From assembly GCA_965261975.1 (NCBI GenBank), contig CBDHEC010000003.1:32001-96000 (forward strand): 64,000 nt of DNA, in the 5' to 3' direction. Below the pieces are notes generated by a model that saw only the letters and a program-made list of their open reading frames with translations, did no database searches and was not told where the DNA came from. A program made the position numbers and the translations under genes. Within the stretch, counting starts at the first letter, position 1; each line of letters begins with the position of its first letter. This DNA is from Alphaproteobacteria bacterium. Lineage in GTDB: Bacteria; Pseudomonadota; Alphaproteobacteria; UBA6615. Shown in pieces: positions 18,831-28,531 of this stretch.

Positions 18831-20855
18831 ATGGACGGATCAACTGGGATTCCGACTGAAAACAGCGCTGTGGAAAAGGCGCTCAAACTGGAAGAAAACA
18901 AGGAAATGGACCTGTTTGATTCGCTCGATTTGGAGCCTTCCGAGGCCGAATCCGCCGAATCCGATGTGCATGCGGGCGAGCCCGAAGCACAGCCGGATGT
19001 GGATAACGACCTTGTCGGCCAGGACGACGAGACCGCGAATGTCTATCAGACCGATCGCGTCCGCATCCTGATCGACCCGTCACGTGATGCGAACCTGACT
19101 GCCTTCGGCAAGGAAACCCTGGAAGACCGCTACCTTCTCAACGACGAGAAGGGTTCGCCGCAGAAGCTGTTCGCCCGCGTCGCGTGCCATTACGCCGACG
19201 ATTCGGAACACGCCCAGCGCATCTACGACTATATCTCCAACCTCTGGTTCATGCCGGCGACCCCCGTTCTGTCGAACGGCGGCACCGAGCGCGGCCTGCC
19301 GATCTCCTGCTTCCTCAACGAGGCCTCGGATTCTCTCGAGGGTATCGTCGATCTGTGGAACGAGAATGTCTGGCTCGCGGCCCGCGGCGGCGGCATCGGC
19401 AGCTACTGGGGCAACCTGCGTTCCATTGGCGAGCAGGTCGGTCATAACGGCAAGACCTCGGGCGTCGTCCCCTTCATCCGGGTCATGGATTCGCTCACGC
19501 TCGCCATCAGCCAGGGCTCCCTGCGGCGCGGCTCGGCGGCGGTCTACCTGCCGATCGACCATCCGGAAATCGAGGAGTTCATCGAGATCCGCCGGCCGAC
19601 CGGCGGCGATCCGAATCGCAAGGCCCAGAACCTGCACCATGGCGTGCTGGTGTCCGACGCGTTCATGCGCGCGGTCGAGGCCGACGAGGACTGGGCGCTG
19701 GTCAGCCCGAAGGACCGCGCCCCGATCGCCACGGTCAAGGCGCGCAGCCTTTGGATTCGCCTGCTGACCGCACGGATCGAGACCGGCGAGCCTTACATCG
19801 TCTATTCCGACACCGTGAACAGCAATGTGCCCGAGCATCAGAAACTCGCGGGCCTGACGGTCAAGACCTCGAACCTGTGCTCCGAAATCACCCTGCCCAC
19901 GGGCATCGACCATCTCGGTAATGACCGGACCGCCGTGTGCTGCCTGTCGTCGCTGAATGTCGAGAACTTCATCGAGTGGAAGGACCACCCGACCTTCATC
20001 GAGGACGTAATGCGTTTCCTCGACAATGTGCTGACCGACTTCATCGAGAATGCGCCCGACAGCTTCGCCAAGGCCAAGTATTCCGCCGCGCGCGAGCGTT
20101 CGGTCGGGCTCGGCGTGATGGGGCTGCACTCGTTCCTGCAGGACCAGATGGTGCCGTTCGAATCCGCCGTCGCGAAGGCTTGGAACAAGAAGATGTTCAA
20201 GCATATCCGCGGCCAGGCCGACGCGGCCTCGAAGAAACTCGCGGCCGAACGGGGTGCGTGCCTCGACGCCGAGGAATATGACTTCGAAGAGCGCTTCTCG
20301 AACAAGATGGCAATCGCGCCGACCGCATCGATCTCGATCATCTGCGGCGGTGCCTCGCCGGGCATCGAGCCGATCGCGGCCAACAGCTTCACCCACAAGA
20401 CCCTGTCGGGCTCGTTCAACGTGCGCTCCAAGGCGCTGCAGAAGCTGCTCGACGAGAAAGGGCAGAATACGGACGAGACCTGGTCGTCGATCACGGCCAA
20501 CGAAGGCTCGGTCCAGCACCTGGACTTCCTGACCCAGGACGAGAAGGACGTGTTCAAGACGGCCTTCGAGATCGATCAGCGCTGGGTCATCGACCTGGCC
20601 GCGGACCGGTCGCCCGAGGTCTGCCAGTCCCAGTCGCTCAACGTCTTCCTGCCGGCGGATGTGCACAAGCGCGACCTGCACCAGATCCATTTCCAGGCCT
20701 GGAAGAAGGGCGTGAAGAGCCTTTACTACTGCCGCTCCAAATCGCTGCAACGCTCCGAGAGCGTGGCCGCGCTGGTGCCGGTGACGGCCGACGACGAGGC
20801 AGACCGCGCCGCGGCCAGCCGAAACGATTACGAAGAGTGCCTCGCCTGCCAGTAG
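18831..20855 (+). CDS. nrdA: Ribonucleoside-diphosphate reductase class I alpha subunit
   Basis: ATPVLSN, PISCFL, SNLCSEI, VCCLSS, IAPTASIS, KSLYYCRS, C-terminal ECLACQ. Confidence 0.97.
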   Translation: MDGSTGIPTENSAVEKALKLEENKEMDLFDSLDLEPSEAESAESDVHAGEPEAQPDVDNDLVGQDDETANVYQTDRVRILIDPSRDANLTAFGKETLEDRYLLNDEKGSPQKLFARVACHYADDSEHAQRIYDYISNLWFMPATPVLSNGGTERGLPISCFLNEASDSLEGIVDLWNENVWLAARGGGIGSYWGNLRSIGEQVGHNGKTSGVVPFIRVMDSLTLAISQGSLRRGSAAVYLPIDHPEIEEFIEIRRPTGGDPNRKAQNLHHGVLVSDAFMRAVEADEDWALVSPKDRAPIATVKARSLWIRLLTARIETGEPYIVYSDTVNSNVPEHQKLAGLTVKTSNLCSEITLPTGIDHLGNDRTAVCCLSSLNVENFIEWKDHPTFIEDVMRFLDNVLTDFIENAPDSFAKAKYSAARERSVGLGVMGLHSFLQDQMVPFESAVAKAWNKKMFKHIRGQADAASKKLAAERGACLDAEEYDFEERFSNKMAIAPTASISIICGGASPGIEPIAANSFTHKTLSGSFNVRSKALQKLLDEKGQNTDETWSSITANEGSVQHLDFLTQDEKDVFKTAFEIDQRWVIDLAADRSPEVCQSQSLNVFLPADVHKRDLHQIHFQAWKKGVKSLYYCRSKSLQRSESVAALVPVTADDEADRAAASRNDYEECLACQ

Positions 20856-20947
20856 GCAAGTGACGAAATACCGATGCGTAACGCCCCGGGCCGCTTCCTG
20901 AAAACTAGCGGCACCGGGGCCTCGTATCCGAGGGAGAGGAAAAAGCA

Positions 20948-21907
20948 ATGTCGCTTCTCGAAGAGCGCGTTCAGTACAAGCCGTTCAGCTATCCGTGGGC
21001 CTATGACGCCTGGCTGATGCAGCAGCGTGTCCATTGGCTGCCCGAAGAGGTGCCCCTGGCCGACGATGTGAAGGACTGGCATCGCACGCTGTCAAACGGC
21101 GAGCGCAACCTGCTCACGCATATTTTCCGATTCTTCACGCAAGCCGATGTGGAAGTGAATAATTGCTACATGAAGCATTATTCGCAGGTCTTCAAACCCA
21201 CCGAAGTGCAGATGATGCTGGCGGCGTTCTCCAATATCGAGACCGTGCACATCTCCGCCTACTCCCATCTGCTCGACACGATCGGCATGCCCGAGACCGA
21301 GTATTCGGCCTTCCTCAAGTATCAGCAGATGAAGGACAAATACGACTACATGCAGGAGTTCGGGATCGAGACGAACCGGGACATCGCGCTCACGCTCGCG
21401 ATGTTCGGCGCGTTCACCGAGGGGCTGCAACTGTTCGCCTCCTTCGCGATCCTGATGAACTTCCCGCGCTTCAACAAGATGAAGGGCATGGGCCAGATCG
21501 TGACCTGGTCGGTGCGCGACGAGAGCCTGCACACCCAGTCGGTGATCAAGCTGTTCCGCACCTTCATCCACGAGAACCCGGAAATCTGGGACGAGGATTT
21601 CCAGCGCGAGCTTTACGTGGCCTGCGAGACCGTCCTCACCCATGAGGACGCGTTTATCGACCTCGCCTTCGAGATGGGCGGCATCGAGGGGCTCGAGGGC
21701 CGCGAGGTGAAGGAATATATCCGCTACATCGCCGACCGCCGCCTCTCGCAGCTCGGCCTGCAGCCGGTCTACCGGATCGAGAAGAACCCGCTGCCCTGGA
21801 TGGAAGAGATGCTCAACGGCGTCGAGCACGCGAACTTCTTCGAGAACCGGGCCACGGAATATTCCAAGGCCGCGACCGAAGGCAGCTGGGAAGAGGCCTT
21901 CGAGTAG
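20948..21907 (+). CDS. nrdB: Ribonucleoside-diphosphate reductase class I beta subunit
   Basis: HWLPEEV, FFTQAD, ETVHISAY, EGLQLFASF, RDESLH, NFFENRATEY. Confidence 0.97.
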   Translation: MSLLEERVQYKPFSYPWAYDAWLMQQRVHWLPEEVPLADDVKDWHRTLSNGERNLLTHIFRFFTQADVEVNNCYMKHYSQVFKPTEVQMMLAAFSNIETVHISAYSHLLDTIGMPETEYSAFLKYQQMKDKYDYMQEFGIETNRDIALTLAMFGAFTEGLQLFASFAILMNFPRFNKMKGMGQIVTWSVRDESLHTQSVIKLFRTFIHENPEIWDEDFQRELYVACETVLTHEDAFIDLAFEMGGIEGLEGREVKEYIRYIADRRLSQLGLQPVYRIEKNPLPWMEEMLNGVEHANFFENRATEYSKAATEGSWEEAFE

Positions 21908-21949
21908 GCCGATCCTTGATCGTCACGCGAACGTGCTGAAAATCGTCCC

Positions 21950-23716
21950 GTGACCACCGCGCAGATCATCATCTTCGCCATTCTCGGCCTGTCCCTCGTG
22001 TTCTTCATGTGGGGCCGCTGGCGCTACGACATCGTTGCCTTCACCGCATTGATTCTCGCCGTGATCGGCGGCGTTGTGCCGACCGACCTGGCGTTCCGGG
22101 GTTTCGGTCATCCCGCCGTCATTACCGTCGCCGCCGTGCTCGTGATCAGCCGCACCCTGCAGGTCTCCGGCGTCATCGACCTGATCGCGGGTGCTGTCCT
22201 GCGCATGGCGAAAGGCCAGGGCAGCCAGATGACGGCCTTGTCGGGCATCGGGGCGGTGCTGTCGGCCTTTATGAACAATGTCGGGGCGCTGGCCCTGCTC
22301 ATGCCGCTAGCACTGCGCCTGTCGGAGCGGCCGTCGGCCGTGCTGATGCCCCTGTCGTTTGCCACCATCCTCGGCGGCCTCGTGACCCTTATCGGCACCC
22401 CGCCGAACATCATCGTCGCCACCTTCCGCACCGACATCACCGGCGAGCCGTTTGCGCTCTTCGATTTCGCCTTCGTCGGCCTGCCGATCGCGCTGGTCGG
22501 GCTGGTCTTCGTGCTGCTGATCGGCTGGCGCCTGATCCCCTCGGACCGCACAAGCCGTCGCTCGGCCGAGGAGATGTTCGACCTGGATTCCTATGTGGTC
22601 GAGGTTTCCGTCAACGAAGAGTCCGAATATATCGGCAAGACCGTGCGCGAACTCGAGGCCCTCGACGAGGACCGCTCAATCGTCGTCGGTTTATTGCGCG
22701 ACGACACCCGCCGCCTGACACACATCTGGGGCGAGCGGCTGCGCGAGGGTGATCTGTTGCTGCTGCGCGTCGACCCGGCGAGCGTGGATGAGTTGCTCAA
22801 GAAGGCCGGCCTGACCCTCACCGGCGCGGAACGCCTCGAAGAAGAGAACATCCGCTCCGACCAGGTGGGCACCGTCGAAGCGGTGGTGCAGCCCGGCTCC
22901 CGCATCGAGGGGCGCAGCCCCCAGACCCTCGGCATGCGCCGGCGTTTCGGGGTCGCATTGCTTGCCGTCGCGCGGGAAGGCCAGCCCATCCGCGAGCGCC
23001 TCGCGCGCACGCAGTTCCGCGCCGGCGATGTGTTGCTGTTGCAGGGTGACGAGGAAGAGCTGGCCGACGCGGTCGCCGAGATGGGCTGTTTGCCGCTGGC
23101 CGAACGGCGACTGACCGTCGGCAAACCGCGCGCGGTACTGATCCCGGTCCTGATCTTCACGGCCTCCGTCCTCTCGACCGTGATGGGCTGGACGCCCGTA
23201 CATGTGTCTTTCGCGGCCGCCGTGGTGGCGCTCATCCTGCTCAACCGGATCAGCGCCAACGAGGCCTATCAGACCATCGAGTGGCCGGTGATCGTGTTGC
23301 TGGGGGCGATGATCCCGCTGGGCAACGCGCTGCAGTCCACCGGCGGCACCCAGCTGATTGCCGAGAGCATCGTCGGCCTGTCGGGCAGCATCCCGATCTG
23401 GGCGGTACTGACCATCGTGCTGGTGGTGACCATGACCCTGTCGGACCTGATGAACAACGCCGCGACGGCCATCGTCATGGCGCCGATCTCGGTCGCGATC
23501 GCCAACCAGCTCGGGGTCAATGCCGACCCGTTCCTCATGGCGGTCGCCATCGGCGCATCCTGCGCCTTCCTCACGCCGATTGGCCACCAGAACAACGTGC
23601 TGGTCATGGGCCCGGGCGGCTACCGCTTCGGGGACTACTGGCGCATGGGCCTGCCACTCGAGATCATCATCGTCGCCACCTCCGTACCCCTGATCCTGGT
23701 CTTCTGGCCGCTCTAG
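21950..23716 (+). CDS. SLC13/CitMHS-type anion permease with two TrkA-C (RCK-C) domains
   Basis: SAFMNNVG, TLIGTPPNI, soluble middle region, MNNAAT, FLTPIGHQNN, GGYRFGDYWR. Confidence 0.9.
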   Translation: MTTAQIIIFAILGLSLVFFMWGRWRYDIVAFTALILAVIGGVVPTDLAFRGFGHPAVITVAAVLVISRTLQVSGVIDLIAGAVLRMAKGQGSQMTALSGIGAVLSAFMNNVGALALLMPLALRLSERPSAVLMPLSFATILGGLVTLIGTPPNIIVATFRTDITGEPFALFDFAFVGLPIALVGLVFVLLIGWRLIPSDRTSRRSAEEMFDLDSYVVEVSVNEESEYIGKTVRELEALDEDRSIVVGLLRDDTRRLTHIWGERLREGDLLLLRVDPASVDELLKKAGLTLTGAERLEEENIRSDQVGTVEAVVQPGSRIEGRSPQTLGMRRRFGVALLAVAREGQPIRERLARTQFRAGDVLLLQGDEEELADAVAEMGCLPLAERRLTVGKPRAVLIPVLIFTASVLSTVMGWTPVHVSFAAAVVALILLNRISANEAYQTIEWPVIVLLGAMIPLGNALQSTGGTQLIAESIVGLSGSIPIWAVLTIVLVVTMTLSDLMNNAATAIVMAPISVAIANQLGVNADPFLMAVAIGASCAFLTPIGHQNNVLVMGPGGYRFGDYWRMGLPLEIIIVATSVPLILVFWPL

Positions 23717-23771
23717 TGGCGAGCTTCGGCATGACGGCCTAAACTTGCCGGACCGCAGGGAGGGGAACGCC

Positions 23772-24947
23772 ATGCAGACCATCGACATCAGCCCGGAAGA
23801 AATGGCGCCGCATATCGCGCGCTTCAACGAACAGGAATCCCAGTCGGCGCACTACGCCGAGGAGACCGGAATTCCGCGCGAAGCCTACGAGATCATGGCC
23901 GCGGAGACGCTCTACCTGATGATGGCACCCGAGACCCAGGGCGGCCCGATGGCCCAACGGCCGGCGGTTGCGGGCGAACCGGGCACGAGTGTGATCATCG
24001 CGCGTTGCCCGCCGGGCGACAAACCGCTGCTGCACGCCCATCACTTCACCGTCGAGAGCTTCATGTGCCTGACCGGACGGTTTCGCATCCGCTGGGGCAG
24101 CGCGGGCGAACAGCAGATCGACCTCGACCCCCATGACATGATCGCGGTGCCGCCGGGCGTGGACCGCCAGTTCGAGAACATCACGGATGAAGAGGCGCTG
24201 CTGCTGGTGATTATCACCGGCACGAGTGATGAGGATTTCTCGGACCTCTCCATGCCACCGGGCGAGACCGAGTTCATGCGCGCCAAATTCGGCCAGGATG
24301 TGCTCGATGCCTACACGAAAATCGGCACCGCCTGGCGCCATGCCGACGGGCATGTCGAGGGCCCGAAGGTTCCCGCACCGATCGAGATATCCGACGCCGT
24401 GATGGCGACGCGCCTCGCGCGGCTTGACGACATGCAGCCGCTTTCGGCGACCTCGGGCGAGTCGATCGGCGTGCCTCGCGAGGCCCGCGAGATGGTCGCG
24501 GCGAAGAATCTCTACCTGTTGATGGCACCGGAGAACCAGGGTGGGCCCATGGCGCACCACGCAGCCATCCAGGGGCCTGACAATATCAGCGTCCTGATCG
24601 CCGAATGCCCGCCGGGCGACAGCCCCCTGCTCCACGCCCATCACTACACGGTCGAAACCTTCATGTGCCTCACCGGGCGCTTCCGCATCCGTTGGGGCGA
24701 GGAAGGCCAGGACCATATCGACCTTGATCCCTACGACATGATCGCCGTGCCACCGGGGGTGGACCGCCAGTTCGAGAATATTTCGGACGACGACGCACGC
24801 CTGCTGGTGGTCATCACCGGCACCTCACGCGAGGACTACAACGATATCTCGATGCCGCCGAAATCGACGGCTGTCATCCGCGAGCGCTTCGGCCAGGATG
24901 TCATCGACGCCTACGGCCAACGCGGTGTGACGTTCCGGGAGGGTTAA
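23772..24947 (+). CDS. Tandem-duplicated (bi)cupin protein of unknown function
   Basis: Two near-identical halves, each with CPPGDxPLLHAHHxTVExFMCLTGRFRIRWG...DMIAVPPGVDRQFENI. Confidence 0.85.
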   Translation: MQTIDISPEEMAPHIARFNEQESQSAHYAEETGIPREAYEIMAAETLYLMMAPETQGGPMAQRPAVAGEPGTSVIIARCPPGDKPLLHAHHFTVESFMCLTGRFRIRWGSAGEQQIDLDPHDMIAVPPGVDRQFENITDEEALLLVIITGTSDEDFSDLSMPPGETEFMRAKFGQDVLDAYTKIGTAWRHADGHVEGPKVPAPIEISDAVMATRLARLDDMQPLSATSGESIGVPREAREMVAAKNLYLLMAPENQGGPMAHHAAIQGPDNISVLIAECPPGDSPLLHAHHYTVETFMCLTGRFRIRWGEEGQDHIDLDPYDMIAVPPGVDRQFENISDDDARLLVVITGTSREDYNDISMPPKSTAVIRERFGQDVIDAYGQRGVTFREG

Positions 24948-24955
24948 CCGGGCCC

Positions 24956-25504
24956 TCACTTCGCTTGGGACGCGTCGTACTCGGCGATGATCCGGTTGGC
25001 ATCCTCGGTATATTCCGCCTCGGGGAACTCGCCGCCGATGACGAACAGCATCGTGGCCTCTTCCTCGCCTTCCGGCGCCTCGATGCACGAGAAGCGTCGG
25101 ATAACGCCGGGCGGAAACGACACGACATCGCATGGCCCGGCATCGACATACTCATAGTCGTCGCCCTCGTTCCAGTGACAGCGCCACTTGCCGTTGATCG
25201 GCATGAATGTCTCGTTGGTGTCGTGGTTGTGCATAAGAGGCCCCTTGCCCGGCTTGCACTTCACGAAACCCAGATTGAAGCCCTCGAAAATATCGATGGC
25301 CGCACGCTGGGACGATTCGGCACCGACCGGCGATTCCATGCTGCCATCCTGGGGCGGGCGAAAACCGATGATGTTGATCAGCTCCTTCTCGCACTGGGGC
25401 AAATGGCTTTCGGGAAGCCCTTCCTTGGAACCGCTCTGGTCCTTGAACAGGGCCACGCGCTTCATCATCTCCTCGCGGGTCCACACTCTTGGTTCCGGCA
25501 TCAT
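24956..25504 (-). CDS. Cupin domain protein
   Basis: CKPGKGPLMHNHDTNETFM...DVVSFPPGVIRRF; same subfamily pattern as its neighbour. Confidence 0.85.
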   Translation of the reverse strand: MMPEPRVWTREEMMKRVALFKDQSGSKEGLPESHLPQCEKELINIIGFRPPQDGSMESPVGAESSQRAAIDIFEGFNLGFVKCKPGKGPLMHNHDTNETFMPINGKWRCHWNEGDDYEYVDAGPCDVVSFPPGVIRRFSCIEAPEGEEEATMLFVIGGEFPEAEYTEDANRIIAEYDASQAK

Positions 25505-25631
25505 GTGACGTCTCCTGGGTTTTTGTTCGAGCAATCCAACCTGCACCGAGAGACGGCACCCTCAGAGGCTGACTCGACCTACCGTAGAGATGGACAAGAG
25601 TACTTAGAATTATATAATTAATATATACTCT

Positions 25632-25646
25632 ATCTAAATTTTAGAT
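25632..25646. promoter_or_regulatory. LysR-type T-N11-A inverted repeat
   Basis: ATCTAAA-T-TTTAGAT in a very AT-rich spacer between the divergent cupin and lysR genes. Confidence 0.6.
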
Positions 25647-25663
25647 GCTTACTCGGATCGGTC

Positions 25664-26593
25664 ATGGATATCCCGCAATTGCAGTATTTCCTCGCCGTTG
25701 CACGCGCCGGAAGCTTCAGCGCGGCGGCGGAATCGGTACGCATTGCCCAGTCTGCGCTCAGCCGCCAGGTGGCCCTTCTGGAGAGCGAGCTCGGCACGCA
25801 ACTGTTCGACCGAACGGCCCGCGGCGTGGCCCTGACCGAGGCAGGCAGCATGTTTCAGGCCCGGGTTCAGTCGATTCTCGGACAACTCGCGGACGCCCGG
25901 CAGGAAGCTATAGCGCGCGCAGACGAGCCGGTCGGCGAGGTCGGGATTGCTATTCCGCCCTCATTGCGAAACTTCCTGACGACGCGTGTGATCTCCCAAT
26001 TCCGCAAGGCGCACCCCGGGGTCTACTTTCGTGTCGCAGAGGGCACGACCCAGCAATCGCGGGAAATGTTGATGCGCGGCGAAGCCGATATCGCTCTCAT
26101 ATCGACGATCGAGGATGGCAGCGACCTGACCTGTACCCCTCTATTGACCGAAGCGTTGATGCTGGTCGGACCTCGCGACTGCGGTTTGCGCCTGGATAAG
26201 CCGATCCCGGTGGCGGATCTGGCATCTGTCCCCCTGATCGTCACCCCTCGACCCAACAGCCTGCGGCGGATTATCGATGACGCGCTACGCGCAGATAACC
26301 TCAAGGCCAACGCAAGTGTAGAGGCGACCCTCGGGGGCCTGATCACGGATCTCGTCTCGCAAGTCGGAGACTATACCGTCCTGCCCTACAGCGGCGTGCG
26401 CGACGAAATTCGTCGCGGCACTGTCGCCGCGGCTCCGATCAGCTCGCTCAATATCTCCTGGCTCCTTGCGCGGGTACGCGGACGACCGGAAACGGTCGCA
26501 GCACGCCGGCTTTCCGAAATGTTGCGTGCGCTTGCCGCTGAACTCGTCGACGCCGGGGATTGGCCGACCGCACGCCTGAACTTCAAGGCCTAG
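25664..26593 (+). CDS. LysR family transcriptional regulator
   Basis: LQYFLAVARAGSFSAAAESVRIAQSALSRQVALLESELGTQLFDR. Confidence 0.95.
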   Translation: MDIPQLQYFLAVARAGSFSAAAESVRIAQSALSRQVALLESELGTQLFDRTARGVALTEAGSMFQARVQSILGQLADARQEAIARADEPVGEVGIAIPPSLRNFLTTRVISQFRKAHPGVYFRVAEGTTQQSREMLMRGEADIALISTIEDGSDLTCTPLLTEALMLVGPRDCGLRLDKPIPVADLASVPLIVTPRPNSLRRIIDDALRADNLKANASVEATLGGLITDLVSQVGDYTVLPYSGVRDEIRRGTVAAAPISSLNISWLLARVRGRPETVAARRLSEMLRALAAELVDAGDWPTARLNFKA

Positions 26594-26940
26594 ATCAGGT
26601 CCTCGAGCGTGCGCTGCTGCTCGGGCTTCCAGCCGACCAGCACGCCCGCCTCGGTCTCGATCACCGGGCGTTTGATCAGGGTCGGATTCTCCGCCATCAG
26701 CTGCAGCCCGATATCCTCGGTCACGTTCTCACGGATCACCTCGTCGAGGTTCCGCCAGGTGGTGCTGCCGCGATTGAGAAGGACTTCCCAGCCCACTTCC
26801 ATGGCCCACTCGGTGAGCTTGTCGTTGTCGACACCATCGGCGCGAACGTCGAGGAAACGGTGTGGCGTCTCGCGACGCTCCAGCCATTTCAACGCCTTCT
26901 TGGTCATGTCGCAGCTCTTCAGGCCGTAGACCGTCAGCAT
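26590..26940 (-). CDS. ArsC/Spx/YffB family protein
   Basis: VYGLKSCD, LLNRGSTTWR, PTLIKRPVI. Confidence 0.9.
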   Translation of the reverse strand: MLTVYGLKSCDMTKKALKWLERRETPHRFLDVRADGVDNDKLTEWAMEVGWEVLLNRGSTTWRNLDEVIRENVTEDIGLQLMAENPTLIKRPVIETEAGVLVGWKPEQQRTLEDLI

Positions 26941-27068
26941 GTCGGCGTCCTCTCATCTCGTCTTATGGACATTGCGGGTTTGTGGGTTTGGCGCACCCGA
27001 CGGGGCGCGTTAACCTGTCGTGTAACACGCGGATATAGGAAAATCCGAGTCCCGGACAAGTCATTGAA

Positions 27069-28457
27069 ATGTCAGATAACGCACAAACACTTATCCGCCC
27101 GCCCGCGATCGCCGGCACTTTCTATCCCGCCGCGCCCGATGCGCTGACGAATATGATCGACGCCTGCATGGCCGGTGCACGCGATAACGGCCTGTCGCCC
27201 AAGGCGCTGATCGCGCCCCATGCCGGCTATATCTATTCCGGCCCCATCGCCGCCAACGCCTACCGGACCATCGCCGAGCGCGCGGGCGACATCACCCGGG
27301 TCGTATTGCTCGGCCCGCCCCACCGGGTGGCGGTGCCGAAATTCTGTGTCCCGGCGGCACATACCTTCCGCACACCCCTGGGCGATGTGCCGATCGACGC
27401 GGCGGGGATATCCGCCGCCCTGAAGGTGCCGGGCGTCGAGCAATCGGATGCCCCCCACGCCGAGGAACACAGCCTGGAGATCCACCTGCCCTTCCTGCAG
27501 CGGGTGCTGGGTGATTTCTCGCTGGTCCCGGTGCTCGTGGGCGGTCCGTCCCCGGCTGAAACGGCAGCACTTCTCGCCGCGCTGTGGGGCGGCCCGGAAA
27601 CCCTCATCCTGATCAGTTCCGACCTGAGCCACTATCACGACTATGAAAATGCCAGCCGGCTCGATCAGGACTTTCGGCGACACATCGAGACGATCAACCC
27701 GGAAAAGATCGAGGACGAGCAGGCCTGCGGACGGTTCCCGGTCAAAGGCCTGCTCGCGCGCGCGGCCGAACTGGATCTGCGGGTCACGACCCTGGACGTA
27801 CGTAACTCCGGCGACACCGGCGGGCGCGAAAATCGCGAACGGGTGGTCGGATATGGTTCCTGGGCTCTCGAATACGCGTCCACCGCCCGGCTTCGCGACG
27901 CAGACCGGGCCATGCTGATCGACGGCACCCGGCGCTCGATCGCCAACGGGCTGCGCACGGGGCGGCCGGCGGAAGTCCAGCACGGCACGTTTACGCCCTC
28001 GTTGGAGACCTACCGGGCGACCTTCGTCACCCTCACCCTCAACGACCGGCTCCGGGGTTGTGTGGGCAGCATCCTGCCGCACCGTTCACTGATCTCGGAC
28101 GTCGCCGAGAACGGCTACAAGGCGGCGTTCGGCGACCCCCGCTTTCCCAAGCTGACGCCCGAAGAAGCCGCGATGATGGATGTCTCGGTCTCGATCCTGT
28201 CTCATCCTCGGCCGATCGCGTTCGGCTCCGAGGCCGAAGCCGTCGATGCGCTGCAACCGGATGTCGACGGTGTGATCCTGCAGGCGACCGACGCCGACAG
28301 ACAAACAAGACGCGGACTGTTCCTGCCCCAGGTGTGGGAACAGGTGCCGGCGGCAGATCAGTTCCTGCGCCACCTGAAGGCCAAGGCGGGCCTGCCTCAG
28401 GACCACTGGGACGATTCGATCCGGCTCTGGCGCTACACAACCGAGACATTTCACTAG
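27069..28457 (+). CDS. amrB: AmmeMemoRadiSam protein B (MEMO1-like) fused to protein A (AMMECR1-like)
   Basis: RPPAIAGTFYP, PHAGYIYSG, EHSLEIHLPF, SSDLSHY, VVGYG (Memo), followed by ATFVTL, LRGCVGS, AAFGDPRF, FLPQVW, LKAKAG (AMMECR1). Confidence 0.93.
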   Translation: MSDNAQTLIRPPAIAGTFYPAAPDALTNMIDACMAGARDNGLSPKALIAPHAGYIYSGPIAANAYRTIAERAGDITRVVLLGPPHRVAVPKFCVPAAHTFRTPLGDVPIDAAGISAALKVPGVEQSDAPHAEEHSLEIHLPFLQRVLGDFSLVPVLVGGPSPAETAALLAALWGGPETLILISSDLSHYHDYENASRLDQDFRRHIETINPEKIEDEQACGRFPVKGLLARAAELDLRVTTLDVRNSGDTGGRENRERVVGYGSWALEYASTARLRDADRAMLIDGTRRSIANGLRTGRPAEVQHGTFTPSLETYRATFVTLTLNDRLRGCVGSILPHRSLISDVAENGYKAAFGDPRFPKLTPEEAAMMDVSVSILSHPRPIAFGSEAEAVDALQPDVDGVILQATDADRQTRRGLFLPQVWEQVPAADQFLRHLKAKAGLPQDHWDDSIRLWRYTTETFH

Positions 28458-28531
28458 AAACCCGGCGCCTTGCCGCGACGTCGGGCACACCGCTAGGATT
28501 CAGCCCTCAAATCAGGCTGGGGGGCCTTCAT

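Noticed and set aside
20883-20920. Hairpin between nrdA and nrdB as a terminator or repeat element
   Set aside because: Imperfect stem with no U-tract and no other copies noticed; at most an mRNA-stability element.
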